A DNA stretch of 40,560 nt from a virus (lineage: Duplodnaviria > Caudoviricetes). The stretch is from IMG/VR virus record IMGVR_UViG_3300029891_000082, positions 1 through 40,560 of that record. One strand, written 5' to 3'. Positions 1 through 7,071 of the stretch are shown piece by piece. The first letter of the stretch is position 1. Each line of letters opens with the position of its first letter. The notes under the pieces were generated by a model. The model was not told where the DNA came from and ran no database searches. It was given only the letters and a program-made list of their open reading frames with translations. Position numbers and translations under genes: made by a program.

Positions 1-1029
1 TTACTTCACGGCGTGGGATTTTCGGACTCGGCGGCGGTCGTAGACGCTGGCGATGGTTGATTCCTGGCGGTGGCCGGTTAGGTCGCTGGCTTTTCGGCCC
101 TGCTCGGTCATGTCGGTGACGGCTTTGGCGCGAAGGTCGTGGAAGGTGAAGCGTTCGTGGCCGAGGGCGCACCATTCGCCCATGCGGCGATGCCACAGGG
201 CCTTGAATCCCGATGTCGTGTAGGGTGTGCCGGCCTGGCTGTGAATGACGTAGAGCGGATCGATGGTGCATGGCATGTCTATCGAGGCCTTGATCAGCTT
301 GCGCAGTAGCGGGGTCCAGAGGACTAGCGTTTCGGCGCCGCGCTTGCGTTTGGCGAACGCGATTCCGTCCTTGGTTAGCTGGCCCCGGTTGAGTCTCAGG
401 ATTTGGCCCTGGGCCTTGCCGGTGATGTAGGCGATGTAGCCGGCCAGGGCGATGCGGCGGCCGGCGTCGCCGTGGCGCCAGCAGTATTTCAGGAATGATT
501 TGAACTCTATATCGCTGACCAGTCTGTCGCGCGGGGTCTCGGTGTTTCGCTCGACGCCGACGCACGGGTTTCTGTCGACGATACCGGCGCCGAGCAGGCC
601 GTTGAACAGGGTCGATAAAAGGGCAATTTCGCGGTTGGCGCGGACAGGGCTTTCGGCTCCGCGGTATTTGTGCAGGTAGAGCCAGACGTGGGATGGCTTG
701 ACGGCCTCCGGCTTCATATTGCCGAAGAAGTCTTTTAGCTTCTCTGCCTCCGATTCGTTCGTTTCGACGGTGCGAGTGGCCAGTTTCTTTTTCGCGACCA
801 GCTTCCAGCGCGCCTTGATCAGGTCGTCCAGGTAGTCGGCGATGGTACCGGGTTCTGGCGCTTCACCTTCCAGCTCGAGCAGCTGTTTTTTGGCTGAGCG
901 AAGGTCCTTGCCGAGGTTGATGTATTTGTTGTGGCGGTCGATTGTGTAATAGGTCGTCGTCCGTTTTCCCTCGTAGACGTAGAGCCGGCTCATGCCGAGT
1001 TCCAGATTGCTTTTCCGTCGCCCCACCAT
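1..1029 (-). CDS. int: Phage tyrosine integrase
   Basis: 342 aa; FHDLRAK (HxxR), LTGH and C-terminal VYDR catalytic motifs; follows an xis-like gene. Confidence 0.92.
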   Translation of the reverse strand: MVGRRKSNLELGMSRLYVYEGKRTTTYYTIDRHNKYINLGKDLRSAKKQLLELEGEAPEPGTIADYLDDLIKARWKLVAKKKLATRTVETNESEAEKLKDFFGNMKPEAVKPSHVWLYLHKYRGAESPVRANREIALLSTLFNGLLGAGIVDRNPCVGVERNTETPRDRLVSDIEFKSFLKYCWRHGDAGRRIALAGYIAYITGKAQGQILRLNRGQLTKDGIAFAKRKRGAETLVLWTPLLRKLIKASIDMPCTIDPLYVIHSQAGTPYTTSGFKALWHRRMGEWCALGHERFTFHDLRAKAVTDMTEQGRKASDLTGHRQESTIASVYDRRRVRKSHAVK

Positions 1030-1249
1030 GCTTGTTCACCCAGCCAGAGAAATCAGGTTCTTGTTGTTCGTCGGGTTCTTTCGTCGCTGTCCCGAGCATG
1101 AAATCATAGAATGACCGCGCCACCTTCGGTCTGCCGGCGGCCGAGACGGCGAACTTCCAGCGGTTTTCGGCCAGCCAGGCAATCTGCTTGCTCGGCAACT
1201 GGCGATCCGTCAGGTCCGCAATCTCGGCGGTTGTCAGGAAACTACTCAT
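863..1249 (-). CDS. DUF4224-like excisionase / recombination directionality factor with long C-terminal extension
   Basis: MSSFLTTAEIADLTDRQLPSKQIAWL...GRPKVAR...EPDFS pattern; immediately upstream of int; ATG at 1249 overlaps the previous gene's end. Confidence 0.75.
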   Translation of the reverse strand: MSSFLTTAEIADLTDRQLPSKQIAWLAENRWKFAVSAAGRPKVARSFYDFMLGTATKEPDEQQEPDFSGWVNKHGGATEKQSGTRHEPALRLRGKTDDDLLHNRPPQQIHQPRQGPSLSQKTAARAGR

Positions 1250-1481
1250 TACCCGATTCGTCAAGCAGCGTGCACAGCAACACCGAACGCCATCCGTCGA
1301 TCATTCCATCCGCGTGCAATGCTCGGATGGTCTGCAGTAGCTCGGGCATGTGATTGAGCACGAACCCCTTATTGGCCTCTATTCTGGCTTCAGCTACCTC
1401 GGTAAGGGGTGGTGGCAAAGTATCCGTCGCGGATTTTGCTACTGGCGCGGCGCGGCCTTTCTGGGCGGCGTAGGAGGTCAT
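1242..1481 (-). CDS. Hypothetical phage protein (79 aa)
   Basis: ATG at 1481 overlaps the upstream TGA (ATGA); MPELLQTIRALHADGMIDGWR. Confidence 0.6.
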   Translation of the reverse strand: MTSYAAQKGRAAPVAKSATDTLPPPLTEVAEARIEANKGFVLNHMPELLQTIRALHADGMIDGWRSVLLCTLLDESGNE

Positions 1482-1552
1482 TGCCAGACGATGGCCAGGT
1501 AGAGCAGGCCGGAGGTGATGGCCAGCAGGGAATCGTTGTCGATGGCGGGCAT
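1478..1552 (-). CDS. Small hydrophobic peptide (24 aa, MPAIDNDSLLAITSGLLYLAIVWQ)
   Basis: Read by hand; fills the gap between the intI stop (1555) and the next ATG with an ATGA overlap. Confidence 0.4.
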   Translation of the reverse strand: MPAIDNDSLLAITSGLLYLAIVWQ

Positions 1553-1554
1553 GA

Positions 1555-2580
1555 TCAGATCCTATCCAGCGGGCTGATGACGCCGCGGCCGCCGCGGTTG
1601 AGAACATGGGTGTAGATCATCGTTGTCGAGACGTCGGCGTGGCCCAGCAGTTCCTGCACGGTGCGGATGTCGGCACCGGATTCGAGCAGGTGGGTGGCGA
1701 AGCTGTGGCGTAGGGTGTGCGGGTGTGTCGGTTTCAGGATGCCGGCGCGCCGGGCGGCTTCCTTGACGTGGCGCTGGATAGTCTTTTCGTGCAGGTGGTG
1801 GCGGCGGATGACGCCGGTGCGCGGGTCGGTCGAGTAGTCGGCAGCGGCGAAGATGTATTGCCAGCCGAACTCCTTGCCGGCGTTGCGGTATTTCCGTTCA
1901 AGAGCGTGCGGCAGTTCGACGTCGGCCATGCCTTTGGCGAGATCGACGTCATGCATCTTTCGCCGCTCGTCGAGCCTGGCCTTAAGCGGTTCGATCAGGC
2001 ATTCCGGCAGCGGGACGATGCGATCCTTGTCTCCTTTGCCCGCACGGACGGTGATAGCACGGCCGTGAAAATCGATGTCCTTGACTCGCAGGCGCAGGCC
2101 TTCCATCAGGCGCATGCCGGTACCGTAGAGTAGGCGGATGACTAGTCCGGGCAGTCCGCTGGTCTGATCGAGTAGCGCCCGTGTCTCAGACTGCGTCAGG
2201 ACGGTCGGAATGCGCTTGCTTTCCTTGGCTCGTGTGACGCCGTCCAGCCAGGGTAGGTCAATGCCGAGCACCTGCTTGTAGAGAAACAGGATGGCATGCA
2301 TGGCCTGGTTCTGCGTTCCGCCAGCGACATCGCGGTCGGTAGCCAGGTGCGACAGGTAGGCTTCAACTTCCTGCGCGCCCATATCTTTCGGGTGGCGCCG
2401 GTCACTAAAGCGGATGAAGTCGAGAATCCAGTGGATGTAGGTTTTCTCGGTCGACCGGCTGTAGTGCAGGACGCAGATGCGGGCCCGAACCTGGTCGAGC
2501 AGGCGGGGCTGTTGAGCCACCGGAACGATGTCGCGTTTGGCGGTTTCGTGTGTCGCGTTTTTTTCAATAACGGCAGGCAT
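1555..2580 (-). CDS. intI: Integron integrase
   Basis: [26 protein letters not shown] and TTMIYTHV catalytic motifs, plus the IntI-specific insertion [25 protein letters not shown]; GGAGG RBS at 2589-2593. Confidence 0.97.
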   Translation of the reverse strand: MPAVIEKNATHETAKRDIVPVAQQPRLLDQVRARICVLHYSRSTEKTYIHWILDFIRFSDRRHPKDMGAQEVEAYLSHLATDRDVAGGTQNQAMHAILFLYKQVLGIDLPWLDGVTRAKESKRIPTVLTQSETRALLDQTSGLPGLVIRLLYGTGMRLMEGLRLRVKDIDFHGRAITVRAGKGDKDRIVPLPECLIEPLKARLDERRKMHDVDLAKGMADVELPHALERKYRNAGKEFGWQYIFAAADYSTDPRTGVIRRHHLHEKTIQRHVKEAARRAGILKPTHPHTLRHSFATHLLESGADIRTVQELLGHADVSTTMIYTHVLNRGGRGVISPLDRI

Positions 2581-2613
2581 GGTGCTGTCCTCCGGAGATT
2601 CGGTTTGTCTTAA

Positions 2614-2667
2614 GCGACATCGCGGCCGGGTGGCGCGACATCGGGTGTCGTTGAATTCAAGTTAGAA
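2614..2667 (+). other. attI: attI site (crossover G^TTAGAA at 2661/2662)
   Basis: GTTAGAAG at 2661 is the exact complement of the cassette-1 R'' CTTCTAAC; 80 bp upstream of intI; preceded by palindrome TTGAATTCAA and GCGACATCG direct repeats (2614, 2635). Confidence 0.85.
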
Positions 2668-2668
2668 G

Positions 2669-2899
2669 TCAAAACAATGCCCTTCCGAATTTCGCAGCCG
2701 CCAGCACTTCTGGCGGTGTAATGGCCGTCACAAACCCAATCGCCATTTGCAGTTTTCGGCGCGCTTCTTTTTGTGCTGGCGTCAATGCCGCCTCGCGCGC
2801 CGCTTCCTCTTCCCGGCGGCGCAGTTCTTCGGCAATACGTCTTGCCTCACCTTCGACCTTGCGCTGCAAGAACGTTCCTCGTTGTTTTGCTTGCCCCAT
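2669..2899 (-). CDS. Cassette 1 ORF, small helical hypothetical protein (76 aa, MGQAKQRG...), inverted relative to attC
   Basis: GAGGTG RBS before ATG 2899; fills the cassette. Confidence 0.8.
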   Translation of the reverse strand: MGQAKQRGTFLQRKVEGEARRIAEELRRREEEAAREAALTPAQKEARRKLQMAIGFVTAITPPEVLAAAKFGRALF

Positions 2900-2931
2900 T
2901 TTTTCACCTCTTTTCCTTGTTGACCGCAGCC

Positions 2932-3014
2932 TTCTAACACTCCGGTCGATGTCGCGCTTCGCGCTGGACCTTCGGCAACTGGCGTTGCCTCGGCCCATCA
3001 CCTAAGCGTTGGGC
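2932..3014 (+). other. attC: attC site 1 (83 bp)
   Basis: R'' TTCTAAC, 5 bp, L'' GGTCGATG (extra C) ... L' CATCACC, TAAGC, R' GTTGGGC. Confidence 0.9.
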
Positions 3015-3487
3015 GCCTTTGGGTTGCGCCATACCCATATCCATTTGTTTCTTCCCCGGCGGCCACTCCGGCTGTCGGTTCCGCTGCGAGAAAACGCCTC
3101 TCGCGTCCAGCCGTCGAAGCGGTAGGTGTTCCCGTTGTGAATGTCCGCATCTTGGTAGCTGATCGCATACTCGTAACCCGTCGCCGGGAAAACGAACTCC
3201 CGCCATAGCCGCAGTGCAACCCGGCAGAGTCCGGCGCGCTCGGCGCAAAGCCTCGAAAGCTCGCAGGCATTCTCGCGCGTCAGGTGTCCCAATCCACCGC
3301 CTACCCGCTCACGAATCAGCGTCGAGGTCATCGCCACCGCCACCGGCCGCCCGTCGTGGCACAGTGCGTAGTGAACGCCGGCCTTGTTCCCGCGCTCAAG
3401 CGGCCCCATCTTGTGGCCCCAGGCGGCCAAGCACTCATTGGCCGCCGCCAGGTCAATTTCCTCGAAGGTCACAAGTGGTATCAGCAT
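3002..3487 (-). CDS. Cassette 2 ORF: Mom-like/XF1762-like GNAT-fold putative DNA-modification protein
   Basis: IDLAAANECLAAWGH...ELSRLC...ISYQD...HNGNTYRFDGW...KWIW resembles Mu Mom family motifs. Confidence 0.65.
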   Translation of the reverse strand: MLIPLVTFEEIDLAAANECLAAWGHKMGPLERGNKAGVHYALCHDGRPVAVAMTSTLIRERVGGGLGHLTRENACELSRLCAERAGLCRVALRLWREFVFPATGYEYAISYQDADIHNGNTYRFDGWTREAFSRSGTDSRSGRRGRNKWIWVWRNPKAPNA

Positions 3488-3500
3488 GGTGGCGTCAGCC

Positions 3501-3562
3501 GTCCAACATTGCGGTCAACGCGACCTTCGCTACGCTCAGTCGCGTTACCGCCAGCGTTCGGC
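3501..3562 (+). other. attC: attC site 2 (62 bp)
   Basis: R'' GTCCAAC, ATTGC, L'' GGTCAAC (extra C), GCGAC...GTCGC stem, L' GTTACC, GCCAGC, R' GTTCGGC. Confidence 0.93.
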
Positions 3563-3563
3563 G

Positions 3564-3878
3564 TCACGAAATCCGCAGCTCGCGGCCGCCCTCGACAACG
3601 AAGAGATTCACGTCGGCCAGCCGGTATTGCCCGCCGGGGCCGCCCTGAATGCAGTATTCGCCGTAGGTCGGATCGACCCGCACCTTGAACGGAAATCCTC
3701 CCCAGCGTTTCGGTTCGGCCTCCGCCCATTCGTTCTGGTTGTAATACTTGCTGCTGCGCTTGATCTTTGCGAAAAGCTGCTGCCCAAAGCGCACCGTCTC
3801 GGCCTTGTCGCGATCGTATTCCTCAACCGTTGCGCGTCCCTCTTCGGTGCTCATATCCACTATTTCCATGTGTTCCAT
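3564..3878 (-). CDS. Cassette 3 ORF, hypothetical protein (104 aa), inverted relative to attC
   Basis: AAGGAG RBS before ATG 3878; fills the cassette. Confidence 0.85.
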   Translation of the reverse strand: MEHMEIVDMSTEEGRATVEEYDRDKAETVRFGQQLFAKIKRSSKYYNQNEWAEAEPKRWGGFPFKVRVDPTYGEYCIQGGPGGQYRLADVNLFVVEGGRELRIS

Positions 3879-3904
3879 TTCGTTCTCCTTGTCCGTAAAG
3901 CGCC

Positions 3905-3971
3905 GCCGAACACGGCGGTCAAGCGCGACCTTCGCGGCTACGCCGCTCGGCCGCTTACCTAAGCGTTAAAT
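3905..3971 (+). other. attC: attC site 3 (67 bp), last in the array
   Basis: R'' GCCGAAC, ACGGC, L'' GGTCAAG (extra C) ... L' CTTACC, TAAGC, R' GTTAAAT. Confidence 0.93.
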
Positions 3972-3981
3972 CCTGTCGCGA

Positions 3982-4329
3982 TCATGCGAACAGGTCCTGG
4001 GTGTGCTCGCAGCGTTGCGGTGGGAGCAGGTCGCCGGCGGGGATGTAGGCGGTGCAGCTGGGCTGGCCGGTTTTGTCGTATTGCCATTCGGTCGGGTAGC
4101 CCGGTTCGTCGATGTCGAACATCATGGTGGAGGCGATGAGGTCGCATCGTTCGCTGTCGTCGCACTCTTCGATGGCGCAGCCTTCGCGCATGGCTTTGTC
4201 GCGCTGGCATTTGCCGCACCAAGCGGCGAAGAAGAGGTCGCCTTCGGTGCCGTTGCTGGGGCGGTATTTTTCGCCGGCGCGCTTGGCGGTCATGGCGGCC
4301 AGGGTGGCCGGGTAGATTGCTTGGCTCAT
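3982..4329 (-). CDS. Cys-rich hypothetical phage protein
   Basis: 115 aa; YRPSNGTEG...WCGKC; ATGA-coupled to its neighbours. Confidence 0.75.
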   Translation of the reverse strand: MSQAIYPATLAAMTAKRAGEKYRPSNGTEGDLFFAAWCGKCQRDKAMREGCAIEECDDSERCDLIASTMMFDIDEPGYPTEWQYDKTGQPSCTAYIPAGDLLPPQRCEHTQDLFA

Positions 4330-4709
4330 GGTTTGATCTCCGGGACGTTGAAGAAGCCGAGGCGGCCTTTGTAGGGGGTGAAGGGCAAGGGTTTCGGGTT
4401 GCGCAGGACGAAGCCGTAGTCGCCGACGAACCAGGGGGAGTCGGAGGTGTCGGTGCAGCCGACGATGTCGACCATGCCGACGATGCCGCCGCGGTCGAAC
4501 TGGTCGATGGGCGGGACTTCGATAATCGGGTGGTCAAGGCGGCAGTTAATGAAGTCGATGGCGTCCTGGTAGTCCTGCTTGGTGGCCGACTTCGAGGCGT
4601 GGATCAGGCAGGGGCCGCGGTAGGGGGTTTTCCAGTCGCGGTTTTCGATGTCCTTGCCGGCGTTTAGGATGAGCCAGGCCCAGGGCTGGCGGATGGATAG
4701 GGCGATCAT
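4326..4709 (-). CDS. ASCH domain protein
   Basis: ALSIRQPWAWLILNAGKDIENRDW...YRGPCLIHAS signature. Confidence 0.9.
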   Translation of the reverse strand: MIALSIRQPWAWLILNAGKDIENRDWKTPYRGPCLIHASKSATKQDYQDAIDFINCRLDHPIIEVPPIDQFDRGGIVGMVDIVGCTDTSDSPWFVGDYGFVLRNPKPLPFTPYKGRLGFFNVPEIKP

Positions 4710-5293
4710 GGCCGGTTCTCCGCGCCGCAGTTCGGGCAGTCAAAGAAACGCTGGTCCTCGCTTATGAAGCGTCCGCACTGGTGGCAGTTGAACACTTCGC
4801 GTTTGGTGCGCTTGGGTTTGTTGATAACGATTCCAGATCCATCCAGCGCTTCCTTTATCGAAACGTCACTAGCCCGCACTGCCGGCCTCGCCAGCTTCTG
4901 AATTTCTTCAACAGGCCACATCACGCACCCCGGCTGCAGACTGGCGAACACGCTGGCCAGCCGTAGATCAGTTGTTTCCGTGCTGCCATAAACCCACAGA
5001 CAGTCGTTGCCGATCCAGCGACCTGGAACTTGTTCGTAAAAAGCCACATCCCTGCTGTTGCCATCGGCGTGCCGTAAGTGCTGCATATCAACGGGCGTGT
5101 AAAAGCGGCCTTTGATGTACTCAGCAGGCCAAGGAATGTCGGACTCTCGGCTTTGGTGCTGACGAACGGCGGCCTCTTTAGAGAAAACTTCCGCCTGGCG
5201 AATATCAGAGGTGTATCCACCGCCGAAAGCCCAAAACATCATATTTTCGCCAGTCAAGCCGCGGCTGTCCTGCAGATAGAAGAGGTCGCTCAT
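4706..5293 (-). CDS. Hypothetical protein with C-terminal CxxC...CxxC zinc ribbon
   Basis: ATG 5293 overlaps the MTase stop; CHQC...CPNC; visibly lower GC. Confidence 0.75.
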   Translation of the reverse strand: MSDLFYLQDSRGLTGENMMFWAFGGGYTSDIRQAEVFSKEAAVRQHQSRESDIPWPAEYIKGRFYTPVDMQHLRHADGNSRDVAFYEQVPGRWIGNDCLWVYGSTETTDLRLASVFASLQPGCVMWPVEEIQKLARPAVRASDVSIKEALDGSGIVINKPKRTKREVFNCHQCGRFISEDQRFFDCPNCGAENRP

Positions 5294-7071
5294 GCTGCAC
5301 CTCCCTGTGCAACGCTCAGTGCCATCGCTACCGGCCGCACCCAGATGGGCATGGACGAGAGCAGGAAAGTCTCGCCTGACCACGCCAGCAGCAGCGTGAC
5401 GCCCATTACGCCGGCGATTGCTTCGGCAGCTGCGGGCGGGACGGCGTTGCCGATGCGTTCGCGCCAGTCGCTGTCGCTGAGGCCGTCGAGTTCGAGGTGT
5501 TCTTCGGGATCGACGAGGCTTTGCAGGGCGGCGAGTTCGAGGGTGGTGAAGGGGCGGTGCCAGGTGCCGTCGAGGGCGCGGATGCGGGCGACCAGTTTGT
5601 CGGTCTGTTCCGGCATGCGCGGGTCGGCGACGGACCAGCGGCCGTTGTCGTGTCCGGCGGCGGCCGAGACGGCGCCGCTCGGGCTATCCCACGGGGTGAC
5701 GCCGTAGTGGCCGGCGGTCAGGTAGTGGTCGCCCTTGGCGCGATCGAGGCCGGTGCGCGGGTCGGCGACGGCGTAGGCGCCCTGGCCGGTGGTGCTGCCG
5801 GAAATGACGGCGCCGGAGGGGCTGTCCCAGGGGGTGACCAGGTATTTGCCGAAGCCGTCGCCGGCGCGGCGCGGGTCGGCGACGCACTGGCCGGTGCCGT
5901 GGGCGCCGGTGACGGTCTGGGCGTTCTGGTGCCAGGGCACGATGCGGAATTCGTTGCTGTGCTTGGCCGGGCCGAAGTGGCGCGGGTCGGCGACCGAGAA
6001 GCCGCCCTGGATGGGGCTGCGCTGGCCGGTGATGGCGCCGGTCGGTTCGTCCCAGGCGCGGACACCGAGCTGGCCGTATTCGCCGCCGGCCGGGAAGCGC
6101 GGATCGGCGACGGAGAAGTTTCCGTTGGTGGCCCTGGTGTTTCCGGTGATAGTGCCGGCCGGCTCGTCCCAGCGATTGACGCCGAGGTAGCCACGGTTGA
6201 ATTCCGGCACGATCAGGAAATCGCGCAGGTGGCCGTTGTCGACCGCCAGCTTGTTCAGGCTGCGCCAGTCGCTGCCGGCTTCGACGAAGGCGAGGCGGAC
6301 CCACGTTTTCCATTGCAGGTTGGGCACGCGGTGCATGGGGCCGGCGGTGAGGTCGCCGGGCAGCGGCATGCGGCCGAGCACCGTGCCGACGCCCTGCAGG
6401 CGCTTCTTCTCCGGTTCGTAGAGGAAGGGCGGCACCTTGGCGATGTGGCGGGCGACGAGCAGGAAGCGCTTGCGGCTCTCGGCCAGTCCGCCGAGTTCGC
6501 CGCAGTCGTGGGTGGTCTCGGCGACAGCGTAGCCGTAGGAGGTCAGCAGGCTGTTGATCTGGTCGAGCAGGTGGCGGCCCCGGGTGGCGATGCGCGGGAC
6601 GTTCTCGAACAGGATCAGCTCGGGCGGATCCTCGGCGAAGGCTTCGAGCATCAGCCACATGCCGCGCAGCGTCAGGCGGTTGAGCGCCTGGTATTTCGAG
6701 GTCTTGCTCTTGGTCTCGTTGAGCAGGCCGCTGAAGCCCTTGCACGGCATGCTGGTGAAGACGATGTGCGGGAACTCATGGCCGGCGGCGGCGCGGATGT
6801 CCGCCGGGGTGGCCTCGCGCCAGCCGGCCGGCGGTTCCTTGCCGTGGAAGGCGAGGTACTGGTCGCGGTCGAAGAGGTCCAGCGTCGTCGCCGGCACGCC
6901 GACCAGGCGCTGGAAGTCGCGGTTGGCTGCGGCGTCGACATCGACCGAGCCGAGGCAGCGGAACTTGGCGACCAGGTTGCCGACGCGCGCCTGGCCGCGG
7001 TTGAAGCCCTTGGCGCCGCCACCGATGGCGCCGCACATGTGGAAGTGGCGGATTTCGCGATGGTTGATCAT
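5290..7071 (-). CDS. C5 cytosine DNA methyltransferase with repeat-containing central region
   Basis: Motif I-like HMCGAIGG, motif IV PCKGFS, motif VI ENV, motif VIII SRKR, motif X IGNAVPP. Confidence 0.9.
   Translation of the reverse strand: MINHREIRHFHMCGAIGGGAKGFNRGQARVGNLVAKFRCLGSVDVDAAANRDFQRLVGVPATTLDLFDRDQYLAFHGKEPPAGWREATPADIRAAAGHEFPHIVFTSMPCKGFSGLLNETKSKTSKYQALNRLTLRGMWLMLEAFAEDPPELILFENVPRIATRGRHLLDQINSLLTSYGYAVAETTHDCGELGGLAESRKRFLLVARHIAKVPPFLYEPEKKRLQGVGTVLGRMPLPGDLTAGPMHRVPNLQWKTWVRLAFVEAGSDWRSLNKLAVDNGHLRDFLIVPEFNRGYLGVNRWDEPAGTITGNTRATNGNFSVADPRFPAGGEYGQLGVRAWDEPTGAITGQRSPIQGGFSVADPRHFGPAKHSNEFRIVPWHQNAQTVTGAHGTGQCVADPRRAGDGFGKYLVTPWDSPSGAVISGSTTGQGAYAVADPRTGLDRAKGDHYLTAGHYGVTPWDSPSGAVSAAAGHDNGRWSVADPRMPEQTDKLVARIRALDGTWHRPFTTLELAALQSLVDPEEHLELDGLSDSDWRERIGNAVPPAAAEAIAGVMGVTLLLAWSGETFLLSSMPIWVRPVAMALSVAQGGAA

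Larger units (their letters stand above)
1555..3971. mobile_element. Complete integron (intI + attI + 3 cassettes: 2662-3008, 3009-3556, 3557-3965)
   Basis: Each cassette's leading GTT core complements its own trailing R'': GTTAGAAG/CTTCTAAC, GTTGGGC/GTCCAAC (1 mismatch), GTTCGGCG/CGCCGAAC. Confidence 0.93.

Noticed and set aside
3214-3969. Plus-strand ORFs in the cassettes (3214-3648, 3284-3688, 3384-3962, 3748-3969) as the true sense cassette genes
   Set aside because: Most cross attC boundaries, have no evident RBS and translate to low-complexity sequence; the minus-strand ORFs fit the cassette limits
2932-3971. Repeated palindromic elements as a CRISPR array or REP elements
   Set aside because: Spacers are whole genes of 300-500 bp and the repeats have attC box structure next to intI
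4706-5293. Lower-GC gene near the array as a possible fourth cassette
   Set aside because: No attC or flanking GTT/AAC cores; joined to neighbours by plain ATGA overlaps
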